NCBI RefSeq assembly: GCF_009914755.1 | Contig: NC_060939.1 | DNA: 64,000 nucleotides | Strand: one strand, 5' to 3' | From: the human T2T-CHM13v2.0 reference genome, Homo sapiens | Shown here: positions 47,162-60,997 of the stretch, in pieces | Numbering within the stretch: position 1 is the first letter of the stretch | Layout: each line of letters starts with the position of its first letter | Notes under the pieces: generated by a model | What the model was told of the DNA's origin: nothing | The model's input: only the letters and a program-made list of their open reading frames with translations | Databases searched by the model: none | Made by a program: the position numbers and the translations under genes

Positions 47162-48230
47162 TTAAATTATAATAAAGCCTGGGTAGGTGGAGGCTCTTCG
47201 TTTGGAAAACAGAAAGGCGGGTGTGGAGGAAAAGGAAAAATTCTTTTGAAATAAAAGGCGCATTGCCAGAATGGGACCTGTGGCAGCCATGGTGAGCGGA
47301 CGGGCCATCACACGGGCATTCTTCCAGGAGAAGCCAGTCCAGCATCCACACACGGGGCCCCGGCAGCCTATGGGACCCCTGTCTGCCACGTGTAGAGAAG
47401 CTGCACCCAGTGATCCTTCTCAAGTTTGTTTTTGAATGACTGGCTGGATCCGGGTGACTCACTGTGTGCCAGGAGCCCACGCTGGTCTGTGGCAGCCGGT
47501 CCCTCCAAGGGATTGGAGCCACGCCACCAGCCACACAATTCCAAGTTCCTTCACTGTGCCTACGGGTCTCGATCCAGGAAAAGAGATGCTGCCTTCATTG
47601 TTGAAAAAAGGTCCTTTGCCACAATGAATTTTTTCAATGGCAGCACTTAGCAATGTATGTACCCACTCACTGCAGCACACTTTACACGCGTCCTTATTTT
47701 TGTGCTATCTCTGAGTGAGAACAGAAATGAATTGGCTACTTATATATTTTGATGGGGAACTGAATGCACTAAAATCTAAGTAGGTCTCAGATAAAAGTCA
47801 CAGTCTTCAGCCAAACAAACGCAGGTCTCATTCCTCTCTGGCACTTCCTGGGCCCTCAGATTGGAGGGGTGTGTCTGTCTTACATGGGAAGAACATGAAG
47901 AAATGCTGAATCCATATGTGAAACACAAAGGCTGTGCTATTTTTTTCCCCCAAAATTAAGTCTAGGGAATGCCAAACACTTTATAATTGGCTTTGTGAAA
48001 ACAAGGTCTTGCCTTTACTTTAAAAAAAGAAAAGAAAAAGTAAACCTGTAATTCCCACAATTCCCAAACAGAGACTAAAGGAAAACGTATTTTGAAATCA
48101 AAGATGGCAGGCACATCTGCCATTTATTTGGAATAGTTTTCCCAAGCCATTTACCTTAATGATTATAAGCAGCCCCTTACAACCTTGAGAAGAAACAGAA
48201 AACTGCCAAATTTTTAGCACTTTTTATTTT
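47162..48230 (-). pseudogene. candidate fossil exons: 48155-48230 (K*KVLKIWQFSVSSQGCKGLLIIIK), from 48074 (SLFGNCGNYRFT), 47564-47710 (DSTKIRTRVKCAAVSGYIHC*VLPLKKFIVAKDLFSTMKAASLFLDRD), 47162-47277 (SHSGNAPFISKEFFLFLHTRLSVFQTKSLHLPRLYYNL)
   Basis: Canonical AG/GT ends, an 80-bp intron at 48075-48154 with a phase-0 join, and a phase-2 join from 47564 to 47277. Confidence 0.55.
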
Positions 48231-48234
48231 CTAA

Positions 48235-49093
<859 letters not shown>

Positions 49094-49749
49094 ACATTTA
49101 CTTCTCTTCCTCTCCACCATAAATGTTGACTTACTTCAAACTATAACTCCTTCCCTTTCTCCAGAAACTGAAGGGAATGTATTTTTCTCTAGTATGTGGA
49201 GATCACACCATTCTGACCTCAGCTTACGCTTCCACTCACACGTGTGTTTCCATCAAACGCAGGGGCATCCACCGGGCTGGAAAGAGCAGCTTTGGAGGAG
49301 CAATAACAGAGCACAAGCACGAGGAGTGAGAAGTTCATGGCTTTTAAGGAATGGTTGTGATGGCTGTGAGATGAGGAAAACATCCTTCACTCTTTTCTCC
49401 CCTGGTGGCATCCTTACGTTTTTCAAGCATCTGCTCCAATGTCATCCACTCTCCTCCCTGGAGCACCACTGGCTGCTCGACCCTGTCCTGAGCACCCCAC
49501 CCCAGGCAGGTGGGGCAGCCAGCAGGGTGGCCCCCCACCAGCCCAGGGGCCTTCCTGCCCACCCTTCTGCGGCTAGGGGCTGGCTTCAGGCCATCTGCCT
49601 CTGTGTCCAGCCACAGGGGCCTCGAGATATATTAAAGTGAGCTTCGCTAGCTCAATGAATGAAGGCTTTGAAAGTTCTTGTGACGACAGCTGAACACTCC
49701 CTGTGAAATAACAGTTTTAAATGAAGTTGTCATTCACCAAATATTTTTA

Positions 49750-50487
<738 letters not shown>

Positions 50488-50629
50488 CTGCAGGGAATTT
50501 TAGATTAAGCAGCTGGCCATAAATTAATGGTCACATAAGGAAGAGCAAGGAAGGATTACCTCAACACAAGTCACAACAGCTCTCATAGAAACATGCTCCA
50601 GTTTACCTCATTTTGCAGGTGTGAGAACA

Positions 50630-50941
<312 letters not shown>

Positions 50942-51695
50942 TAAGTAACTACTGATTCCCAACTCAGGTATTTTTACCCCACTCTTTTCCCCCATTGGGT
51001 GGCTGACCTGGATCTATGTTATCTTTGTGCCAGTATACCAACTTTATGCCAAATGCCATACATTCTTTGAGGGAACCTGGAGCAGCTCCTTGAGTGAGGT
51101 GGGATTTGAGTTTAGGATTAGAGGGTGGGGAAGGTGGACAGGCATTAACATTAGAGCAAGGTTCCCCAGGCTTTGAGGGAAGACTGGACGTAGTTGGGAG
51201 GGTGTGATGCTCTCACTGTGTGGCCACGAGATGAAGGTGGGGCATGTGGAGAAGCCAGGTACAGGCAGTAAGGGTCTAATGGAAGAGGGGCCACAGGGTT
51301 GGGAGAGGGGACATGATGCCTAAGTGAGAATGTCCCTCTTGTGTCCCTGAAACCTGAGCCCTGCAGATGCTTCCTGAAGGATGGAAGAGTCTACACTGTG
51401 GGTCAGGGCTCCCCAGTGGCCGCAGATGGGATGAAGCCACCACCAGAAAGAGCCCAACTGAGTATGGGGTGGGGTGGGCCCTGCAGGATGTCACATGAAG
51501 AGCCCATGAGATGGGAGAGAGGAGCATATGTCGGGCGGGGTGAGACATGACCCAGGCATGCACTCCCCAAACCTTCAGACACGGCTTACTGCATGGTGGA
51601 GGAATGGAGAACATGCATTTTACTCTGATTTTCTCTAAGGAATAAATTTTATTTTAAAATCACAGAGAAGGAAAAAATCAAATGGAGTATCAAAC

Positions 51696-51870
51696 CTTAA
51701 TTTAAGAAATCCATCTGCTTCATCAAAAATTTGCTGTGAGCTTTTAAGAATAAACAGGGCAAATTTACTTTATTCAAGAATGATATTCTTTTTGTAAAGC
51801 CTATCTTCAAAGTAATACATTATTCAATTTCTGCTTTAAACCCTTCGTTTTTATTCATTTTCCTTTTCTT
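51696..51870 (-). pseudogene. candidate fossil exon (...KGLKQKLNNV / YFEDRLYKKNIILE*SKFALFILKSSQQIFDEADGFLKL)
   Basis: ttttctcaAG acceptor, AAG|GTTTGA donor; needs one frameshift. Confidence 0.5.
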
Positions 51871-52089
51871 CTTGAGAAAATCTCAAACTCACTCATGGTT
51901 CCATATATGTACTACGTGCCTGAGAACAGTGCTGTTCCCCACAGACGGGCTGGGAAGCAGGAAGACAACCCCACTCCTGCATTTAATCTCTGGTCTCCAG
52001 CAACATACTGTAACTTAAGCATGGGAAGATCCTAAAACACATGACAGGTGAGGAAGGGACTGGAGACACCTAGTCCTGTTTCCCACAAC

Positions 52090-52873
52090 CTTCATTTTCA
52101 GTTCCACCTTGGACCACTGCTGCCTGGGTCACCCATGAAGAAGTGGCCTGCCCTGGTAGTCACAGGTTCCAAGTCGCCCAAGCTGGAGAGCTACAAGCAC
52201 TTCCAGAAAATCTGGGACATGCATGGTGAGCCATCCAAACGGGAAGAAGGTCATTACAAAAAAAAAAAAAAATGACGGAACGTCCATAGTGGAACCTAGT
52301 CTTACACATTAGGCTCATCACCTAGCAACTAGAACCCTTGCTGAGGGTTTCCACATCACTTCCTGATCACTCCCAGTGACCCACAGTGGGGACGTGTTGG
52401 GGAGATGATGGATGCGGGGCTAGAGCAGGAAAACCATTCTCATGCTCCTCATTTCCCCCCAGACCTTCTAATAAGATCTGCTGTCAGAAAGCCCAAGGGC
52501 CTGGCTTAAGATCCCCTAACGTTCCCTGTCCCTGGTCATCCGAGAGGGCAGAGCCCACAGGGAGGACAGCTCTGTGAGTCACCTACCGGGACCAAGCCCT
52601 AGGTACCTGCACCGCTCAGCTGTCACCACTGCTTATCAGCAGTTCCAGCCCAGCCCGAGGTTCTTACGGTTCCTTTAAATCTGAGGATGTCCTAGGAATG
52701 GGCATCATGTGTTTAGTTGCTTATTTTCCAAGTGTAGCAGTGCCACTGGGACTCTGGGCACGGGGACTGTTTTGCAAAAGTTGAAAACACACACGGGTAA
52801 AAGCCGGTCAAAGAAAGCAGTAGCCAAACTAAAGTCAGGTTATATATCCACCAGGGCTTTACCTCATACCTGC
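52090..52873 (-). pseudogene. candidate fossil exons: 52668-52873 (QV*GKALVDI*PDFSLATAFFDRLLPVCVFNFCK...) and 52090-52253 (TFFPFGWLTMHVPDFLEVLVALQLGRLGTCDYQGRPLLHG*PRQQWSKVELKMK)
   Basis: The first has a gccttttgtAG acceptor and ACC|GTAAGA donor. The second has a T14 tract ending in gtAA, read as a decayed AG. Confidence 0.45.
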
Positions 52874-54534
52874 CTACAAAAGGCACAAGATCAACAAGGC
52901 CTGTTTGTACCACGGTCTGAAAAACGAGCCAGCACCGCCCTGGGCAGGACGAGGAGCCCAGGGCTGCCCAGGTTCTAAAAGTAAAAGCCTCCCACGGAAA
53001 ATAGCACGCCAGGGATTCCAACACGAGGAATCGAGGTGGTTAGTGACTCATTTTCAGAGCCAGGAAGGTGAGGTGCAGCCAAGACCCAAGCACCATCAAC
53101 TACGTCTGACAGCTAAGAGGAGGGCAGCCGAGATCCTCAGGTGTAACCACAGCCTTATAAAGGCACACAAAGCCAGGACGGTCTGATCTGAGAGTCAGCA
53201 GAAGCCTAGCTTTACATATAATGAAGCTGGGGCTGGAAGGAGGCCGGAGGATCATGTTACATGGCGGGGTCTCCCCCAGATGACCTTAAGGGCAGCTTGG
53301 CAGGAATTTTACTTCCTTGCATTGATTAAAGCCCATGAACAGCCTTAAGTCCCCAGACAAAATAGCAAAACAGGTCCTGGACGATTCAGCGCGAGGTGGG
53401 ACACAACAGGGAGGGAGAAGTCAGTATCCAGGGGCACTGCCCGGACCCAGAAGGCGGAGGCTGGGATGTCCCCAGCAGAAACGGACTTCCCTGGACTCCA
53501 GCAGGCTCTCTGCGGATAAGGGATTGGAGTGAGTGAGAGGAAAGAGGAGGACAGAGGCAAACTTTTCTTTCTGCCCAGTTCTAGGCCATCAAGGGAGTGA
53601 AGGATCCCCAAAGACATAAGGCAGAGCTGGGAGAAGAAAGGAGAGGAGGAAACAAAAAAAGGAACAAGAGGTAAGGATGAGGAGACAAAACAAATGGCAT
53701 GGAACATGCTAGAAGCCTTCCAATGACTTCCCCATGTGGAAACTGCACACCCGGGCATCCCTCCCGGCTTTCTGTGGATGGGCCCATCCAACGCAGCTCT
53801 TGTTAGAGGAGTGCACACTCCCCTCTACTATTTGGTAAGTGTTTGTAGCAAGACCAGTGCATAGGTGGGACGTGATCTGAAAGTTTACAAGAAGGAAGTG
53901 AAAAACCACTTGTGAGATTGTGGGGAGAAAACGCTGGGAGCCCAGAGACACCACAGGCGTCAAGAGTCCAGGGACCATGCATGGTGGTTTATCAGTGGCA
54001 AGGAGACCAAGGTTTGACCCAGCCTGACCTCGTAGCACTTCCTCGTCCAGATGGATGTGGGCTTGTCCTCCCATCACGCACCTGTCCAAGCTGGCTGCAC
54101 CTGCATGGACTGCTCTCCACTCTGCAAGGGCCAACACAGCTCACACCCACCCCGATGCCAGAGGAAACCGAGGCACACGGCTGGAAGCTGCCAGTGGGCA
54201 AAGCGCTCCAGCCCCAGCTGGTGCAGAAGCATCACGGAGAGACTGCTATGGCTCTCACCCAGCGCACGCTCCCCGTTCCACCCTACATGGCGCAAACACG
54301 CTCCCCTAAAATGGAGTGAACGTTTATAGCGGCAAAGATGGCAGCCAGGGTTTGGGTTTGGCACTCTAAGAAACTGACGCCTTGGAGTTAAATCAACCAA
54401 AATGACTTTTAGTTTAGTTTTTTTGTTGCTAACAGTTTCCTTAGTTTCTGACTTTTCTCTGGTGAAGAGCACAGTATCAATCACACTTCAAAATAACAAG
54501 TCAGGAAACAGGAACCTCTCACTCAGATCCTCAC

Positions 54535-55190
54535 CCTGTTAAAAAGACTTTTGTAGTTTGGATATCATGACCTGTACTAAGTACAAAGCTCTATTTGTTT
54601 CTACTTTGTAACACAGAGTGTTATGTTCTATGGTTGCTACACAATCACTTTGAGGAAACATTACTATAAAAATAAATAAGTTTCTTTTTTCATTCAAAGC
54701 GAGGGAAAATAACAAGGACTCCCTAAATACACCCACAAACCTTTTCCAAGAACACTTGCATTTGTTCCTGAGCTGGTAAGAATGCTTTGCTGATGATATC
54801 AAAGCCCTTTAATTTATCTACAATCGACCTGACTTAAACACAAAGGAAAAAATACTCATTTTGTTCTACTTTAAATTAAAACAAGCTATTTTTGTTGTTG
54901 TTGTTACTGGGCTGTCTCTGTTTTTCTCTGAACGCAGGGGAATACAGTATTCTGAAGCACTGCATGATTATTCTCTCTTGGCTGTGGAAGGGTGGCCAAG
55001 CACACTATTGATCTCTGAGTGGGATTGTTAGAAGGACAAAGTGTGATTTCACTTTGAAAGTGATTACAAACCTCTACTTCTCACTAAGATAGAATAAAAG
55101 TGCAGTGCAAGATTTACTCTTCTGCATCAAATAAGTAAGAAATGCATGTTAAGAAATGATTTTTAGACACAGGAATGAAGGACAATTATC
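54535..55190 (-). pseudogene. three consecutive candidate fossil exons: 55118-55190 (DNCPSFLCLKIIS*HAFLTYLMQK), 54741-54832 (RSIVDKLKGFDIISKAFLPAQEQMQVFLEK), 54535-54663 (MFPQSDCVATIEHNTLCYKVETNRALYLVQVMISKLQKSF*Q)
   Basis: All six splice dinucleotides are canonical. The phase-1 join reads LMQK-I-RSIVDKLKG. After the 77-bp second intron there is a 1-nt phase slip. Confidence 0.65.
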
Positions 55191-55229
55191 CTATAATAAG
55201 GCAAAACAAGGTGAGCTCTCTGTCCCAGT

Positions 55230-56709
55230 TCATCATCTGAGGAGCCAGGCAGAGCCTGCAGGCGCCCTGAATGGAGCCCCACGGAGACACGGGCAGATGA
55301 AGTTTGTAAGGCAGTGCCCCAGAAGGAGAGCTCTAGTTGTCTCTGGAGGGTACCCTTGAGATTGTGGCTGAGGCTTGATCAGTACATGCATGTGAGGAGA
55401 CTTCCCCAAGTTCAGGGAAAGACCCAATGGTAAAAGCAAAGGAAAGTTTATCTGGAGCTCACCAAGATCCAGGAATAGTCCTTGATCTCACCAGTTAAGG
55501 TAGAAATTCACAGGTCATCAGGTAGAGTAATCTGATGGGTATTATCTCAGCGCTAGGGGAAAATGCCTGGATTAAAGGCTGCTTTGATCCCAACTAAGAA
55601 AGGTTAAAAGTAAGCCTCCACAGGGCCCACCTGTTCTGAGTAACTTCTCTGCATCCTAGAACAAAGCTCAAGAATATTTATATGAACATAAAAATGTCCA
55701 GCACTTTGTAAGGTGAAATTCACAATGTTAGATTTCCAGTGAAAAAAAGCAGGCATGCAAAGAAGCAGAAAAACACAACCTACAACAAAGCATCAATCAA
55801 TAGAAAAAGATCCAGGAATGGCAGTGATGATAAAAGGAATAGACAGCAGATAAAACACTTGTGAAATATCCCTGTGTCCAAGAAGCTAGAGGAAAGATTA
55901 AGTTACATAGAGACATGGAATGGATTAAAAAATAAAATTTTTTAAGATCCAAATTGAACTTCTAGAGTTGAAAACTACAATGTCTCAGATGAAAAACCCA
56001 CTGATGGGATTAATGACAGATTAGACATCACGAAAGAAAAAAAAGTTAGTGAACTTAAAGACAAACCAATAGAAGCTATCCAATATGAAACAGACTTTTT
56101 TTTTTTAAAGATAAGGAAATGAAAAGTACATCAGTAATCTATGGGACAACTTCTAGTAGCCTAATCTATCTGTAAATTCAAGTTTGGGGGGCGGTGGGAA
56201 ACAGAGAAACATGCTTAAAGAAATAATGATCAAAATGTTTCCACATTTACTGAAAACCATACAGCCACAGATTCAAAACACTCAGTAAACCCCAAGCACA
56301 GGAAACAAGAAGAAAACTACACCCAGGCTCACCATATTCAAATTGCTTAAAATCAATGATAGGAAAAATCTTGAAAACTGAGAAAAAAATATTAATACCT
56401 TATATATACAGAGAAGTAAAGGTAAGAACTATAACAAATGTCCCATTGGAAACAATGAAGCAAAAAGACAGAGGAGCATCATATGTCAGGAAGTGAAAGA
56501 AAACTGCCCGCCTAGAACTCTGCACTGGTGCAAATGTATTTTAAAAACGTAGGAAAAATAAAGACTTGCTCAGACTTAAACAAAGACATTCATCATGGGC
56601 AGACCTGTACCATGGCAAATGTTCAACGAAGTCCTTCAGGCAGAAGGAAAATGATGCCAGACAAAATCTGCGTGTACACAAGGAATGAAAGTCACCAGAA
56701 ATGGCAAAG
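55230..56709 (+). mobile_element. old L1 (L1MC/MD-type) 5' UTR and ORF1 remnant
   Basis: GAACTTCTAGAGTTGAAAACTACAATG...GATTAGACATC...AGTGAACTTAAAGAC. Left boundary approximate. Confidence 0.75.
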
Positions 56710-56714
56710 ATGCC

Positions 56715-57785
56715 CCTCTGCCTGGTTCCACCAATGATGTCTGCAGACCAACGTGATTGGGACTGGAATCCAAATCCCATTTGCCCTTTTCCTCAGTACC
56801 ATCCGTGATGACAGGAACCTCATCTTCCTCTGTTTCTTCAAAATCGCTCTGGAATATGCCCACTTCATTGTGATCCCTGGAGTCCCCACAGTCCTAAAGC
56901 TGGGAAGCTGGGCAGGTGGGAGTCAGCTACTTCTAAAGACAAGTGAATAAGCCTTCTTTAAGTTAACTTAAGCTACCGTGCATTGCCCTTGGAACCGTTC
57001 TGTCTCATTTGGGAAGTCATTTGGCGTATAAAAAGTGCAAACACCTTTTATTTCCAAATCTGAGGACAGACAGAAGAAAAAGGCAGAGCCAGCCACATAG
57101 TCTGGTACTGCAAAGCTTGTCACAGCCTGGCACCAATGATGAAAAGCCAGTGAGAAAACGCACAAACACATGCATTTTTGTGTATGGTGTGTACCTTATA
57201 AATACGAAAAATCCACCTGGCTTATGAAGAATGTATACACAGGAAGGTTCTCTCAAAGAATCAGAATGTCCTTTTAAGGAAAAAGATGCCCAACAGAATG
57301 TCCTGCTGGTTGTTAAAATCAACTTGATTAGATGGATCTCCCTCCATCCCCTACTACCAGGTCGACATCACACCACCAGGCACTCAGAAGTTACGCTCCA
57401 TGAAACCCGACTACTATTCTCCATCATAAGAAAAACAAAACCACAAATAAATGCCTACTCACTTAAACAACCCAGTTAGTTGAAATTACTGATAAAGGGA
57501 GATCATCAGTGCTCAAAATGTTTCACGTGACTTCCAGTTTCAGAACATGCATGGGCTTCTTGGGATGTGACCACGGGCAGGCTGCTCACACACTCTAAGC
57601 CTGTTTTCTCATTTTATATGTGCACAGACTTCTCACTGTGTAAAGGATGAACGGTAGCTCCCTATCTGCCTCAAGAGTCTATTCCCGACACTTTAGAAAT
57701 AGCATCTATACAGTGCATGGGCAGTCTATTTCATGGGGGTGTCGAGATGCCAACCAGTGATCCTCAATAAACTCTGTTCTCGGAG
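56715..57785 (-). pseudogene. candidate fossil exons: from 57785 (SENRVY*GSLVGISTPP*NRLPMHCIDAISKVSGIDS), 57195-57270 (HSDSLREPSCVYILHKPGGFFVFI), from 56932 (frame ambiguous)
   Basis: Acceptors ctcctttttttcAG, ttttccttaaaAG and cacttgtctttAG; phase-2 join from 58032. Confidence 0.45.
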
Positions 57786-58031
57786 CTGAAAAAAAGGAGA
57801 CGTATGAAAAAGACAGTTATGAAAATCTCCATGCATAGCTTGTTGTACACCTCAGACAGCACTGGACTCCACGGGCTCCGGGCCCCCCTGGGGCCAAACT
57901 GCTCTGCAGCCACACAGTGCCTCCCATCACCGGAGCTCCAGTACCCATACACCCCAGCGGCATCTCAGTGTGGACACGCCCTTCTTCCGGCCCCTCAATT
58001 CCCTCAGCCCTTCCCACCAGCTCTTCCTTAC

Positions 58032-58635
58032 TTTCCATGCCGGTAAAGACGAGGCAAACAGAAGATGGAAAACTTAAATGCATCAGCTTTGCTACTTTTT
58101 AGCAGATGTTCTGCAAGTTGCAGAATCCTAAAGAGCAAAGAAACTTAAGAGTTCACCTCTCGCAACTGTTACCCATCACACAAGATTATGTCTACCGGGT
58201 ACTACAGAAACACAGACTAAAACCAAACCCAAAAACGAATTCTGCAGAAAAATTTGTTAAGCTTATTTAATCATTCCATTTTCTGCACATGTGAAAAACT
58301 GCTTTTTCCACGAAAATAAAATGTTGGAAATGTTAAAAGACTGTTTCTATTTGTTAGCCATTTTAGGAGAAAAGCTAACTTTATTAAGCAACTAGCTCGC
58401 CTGCTTAGAATAACACATTTTTGCTTTATATAGAGTATCTTTGCGTTTTAATTGACTTATTTTGGTTCCAACTCTTGCAAATGTAAGGAAATTTTGCCTA
58501 ACTCTATGCTAATAATCTAAGGGTTAATCTGACAATTGTGTAGGGTGGAAAGTTTTAAGAAAAGAAGAAATTACTTAAATATTTTTAAATCAAAGATTTC
58601 CAGGGTAGAAGATCTAGAATGCCAGTAATAATTGA
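58032..58635 (-). pseudogene. candidate fossil exons: 58575-58635 (NYYWHSRSSTLEIFDLKIF) and 58032-58127 (ILQLAEHLLKSSKADAFKFSIFCLPRLYRHG)
   Basis: Canonical ends (ttctttgctctttAG, AAA|GTAAGG), both open, phase-2 join. Confidence 0.6.
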
Positions 58636-58715
58636 CTTATAGGAAAATTAAGAATATTTTTTAAAGTGAGATATACTTGCTTATTTACTATCAATAATAT
58701 TTGAAACTTAGAATT

Positions 58716-59469
58716 TAAAATATTTTAAGTTGGTAAACAGAACTTCGAGAACAATAAAAATTATTATAAGTGAAATGAAAGATCTTATGTTGCTTCTCTG
58801 GGTTTTGTTTTGTTTTGCTTTGTTTTTTTTTGATGAGGGGTCTCACTTTGTTGACCAGGCTGGTCTCAAACTTCTGGCCTCAAGCTATCTTCCCACCTTG
58901 GCCTCCCAAAGTGCTGGGATTACAGATGTAAGCCACCACACCCAGCTGCTTTTCTAGTTCAGCTTTTAAAATTAAAAGTGGAAAAATATGGAAAACCAAA
59001 TGAAAAACTTTTTCCTTTCTGACGGTCCCTAAATAATAAAATTGGTTCTACATATGATATAAATTCAAGTTTGTGTTAAGTGATGGGCACAGTAAAAATA
59101 TGAAATACAGAATTCTGTGCAATTTTTAGAGAGCTTTTTAAAAAATATTTTCACAAGTACTGCCATTCCATTCATACCTCCTTAAAAAGTAACAATCCAC
59201 CATGCGAAAGATTTGTGTACTTCTTTCCCTAACCTTGCAATGTCGGTGATAATGCTATTCAATTCTGAGACGGTATGATATTGTAAAGAATTAACAAATA
59301 AGAAGAAAACATAATTTTTTTGTCTTAGTCACATTATTTTTTAAGGTATGACCTATCTGCAAAGTGAAAAGATCTAAGATCTCCACTTTTAATGTATTAT
59401 TCTCCTTGTTAGGGAAAGAAGAGGCTTACAAAGAAAAATCTGGCATAAAAATGGATCTTAAAAATCCAA
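58716..59469 (-). pseudogene. candidate fossil exons: 59357-59469 (GFLRSIFMPDFSL*ASSFPNKENNTLKVEILDLFTLQ), 59178-59280 (YHTVSELNSIITDIARLGKEVHKSFAWWIVTF*G), from 59028 ([27 protein letters not shown] [Alu] HKIFHFTYNNFYCSRSSVYQLKIF)
   Basis: 76-bp intron with a phase-0 join (splice dinucleotides decayed) and GAG|GTATGA donor with a phase-1 join. The frame continues across the removed Alu. Confidence 0.5.
58800..58946 (-). mobile_element. Alu monomer (FLAM-like)
   Basis: Single left-arm-type unit with a TTTTG tail; TGCTT(C/T)TCT repeated at both flanks. Confidence 0.8.
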
Positions 59470-59559
59470 TTGTAAAACAAACAAAAAAAATTCTGTTGTA
59501 TCTTACACTCTTGGCTATAAACGGTGTGGGCCTCTAACCTAAAATTTGTTAATGTGTAG

Positions 59560-59997
<438 letters not shown>

Positions 59998-60566
59998 TAG
60001 AAGGTGAGGTTCTTATTTAAATTAGATCAGTTTAATAAATCAATTTCCAATTTGGATAGTATAAAGACAACTGAAATGCAAATATTAGCAATATGGGGAA
60101 ATACAACTTCACTTAGCATATTTAATCCTATGAAAGGGTCTAAATAAGATTGATAAAATAATTTACAGAAGTGCAGAAAACAACTGCTCAAATGCGCACA
60201 AATTATTCTTTCCTTTCCCCCAAATCTCTAGTCTACTCTGATTATAGCTGGGAGGACACTGATCACCACCATGGTTCAAAAGAAATAACAAGGTTCAATT
60301 GTCAGTTCAGCTCAATACATGGATATCCACCTCTACACATTATTTAACCTTTCCTGGGGTCAGATTTCTTGTCTCTAAAATGGGAACAATACAACACGGG
60401 GCTCTTGTGAAGATGAAACGGTTTAAAGAATTTGAAAGATTACATGTAATAATATGATGATGATAAAATTCTGTTTGCAATGTACATTCCTTTAAAGAGA
60501 ATATACAAAGTTGTATTCATTTTTGGTTTTCACTAGAAATTAGTTTTAGTATTCTAGTTAATTTTT

Positions 60567-60659
60567 GGCTGGTCAGATGGTAGTGGGTTATCAGAACTTA
60601 TTAACATTGCTGTCACTATACAATCCCCCCACTGCTAAATTTTACTAGCTTTTAAAAAA
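60567..60659 (+). pseudogene. Y RNA (hY4) retropseudogene
   Basis: GGCTGGTCAGATGGTAGTGGGTTATCAGAACTTATTAACATT...CCCCCCACTGCTAAATTT...GCTTTT plus a short A tail; matches recalled RNY4 with an internal deletion. Confidence 0.9.
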
Positions 60660-60997
60660 TTATTTTTAAAAAAAGCAATTTGCATGGAAATTGTTTGAAA
60701 CATCTGGGATATAAATTCACTAATATATTAAAAAAACCTAGAAACACATAAATATCTCATACTATTATTTATTTGAACTTAAATCCCACTAAAGTGATCT
60801 CTAAGGAAACTTGAATTTTCAATTTAACTTGATTTTTATGCAAACTATGTAAAAGTCAAAATATTTGCTCTTTATAGGAGATACTCCTAATGCAAGTTAA
60901 ATCTAGAATAAGTTTTTAATACGAAAAATATATTATAAGCCAAATATACAAAAAAAGGTTAAAGAAAGGTAGTAAGTTCATATTAAACAAGTATTTT

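Noticed and set aside
51700-51735. IFDEAD as a DEAD-box or Walker B motif
   Set aside because: It lacks the preceding hydrophobic strand, and I found no Walker A or other helicase motif in the reconstructed exons.
52258-52272. Poly(A) run as the tail of a processed pseudogene
   Set aside because: No AATAAA and no target-site duplication. It is better explained as a minus-strand polypyrimidine tract.
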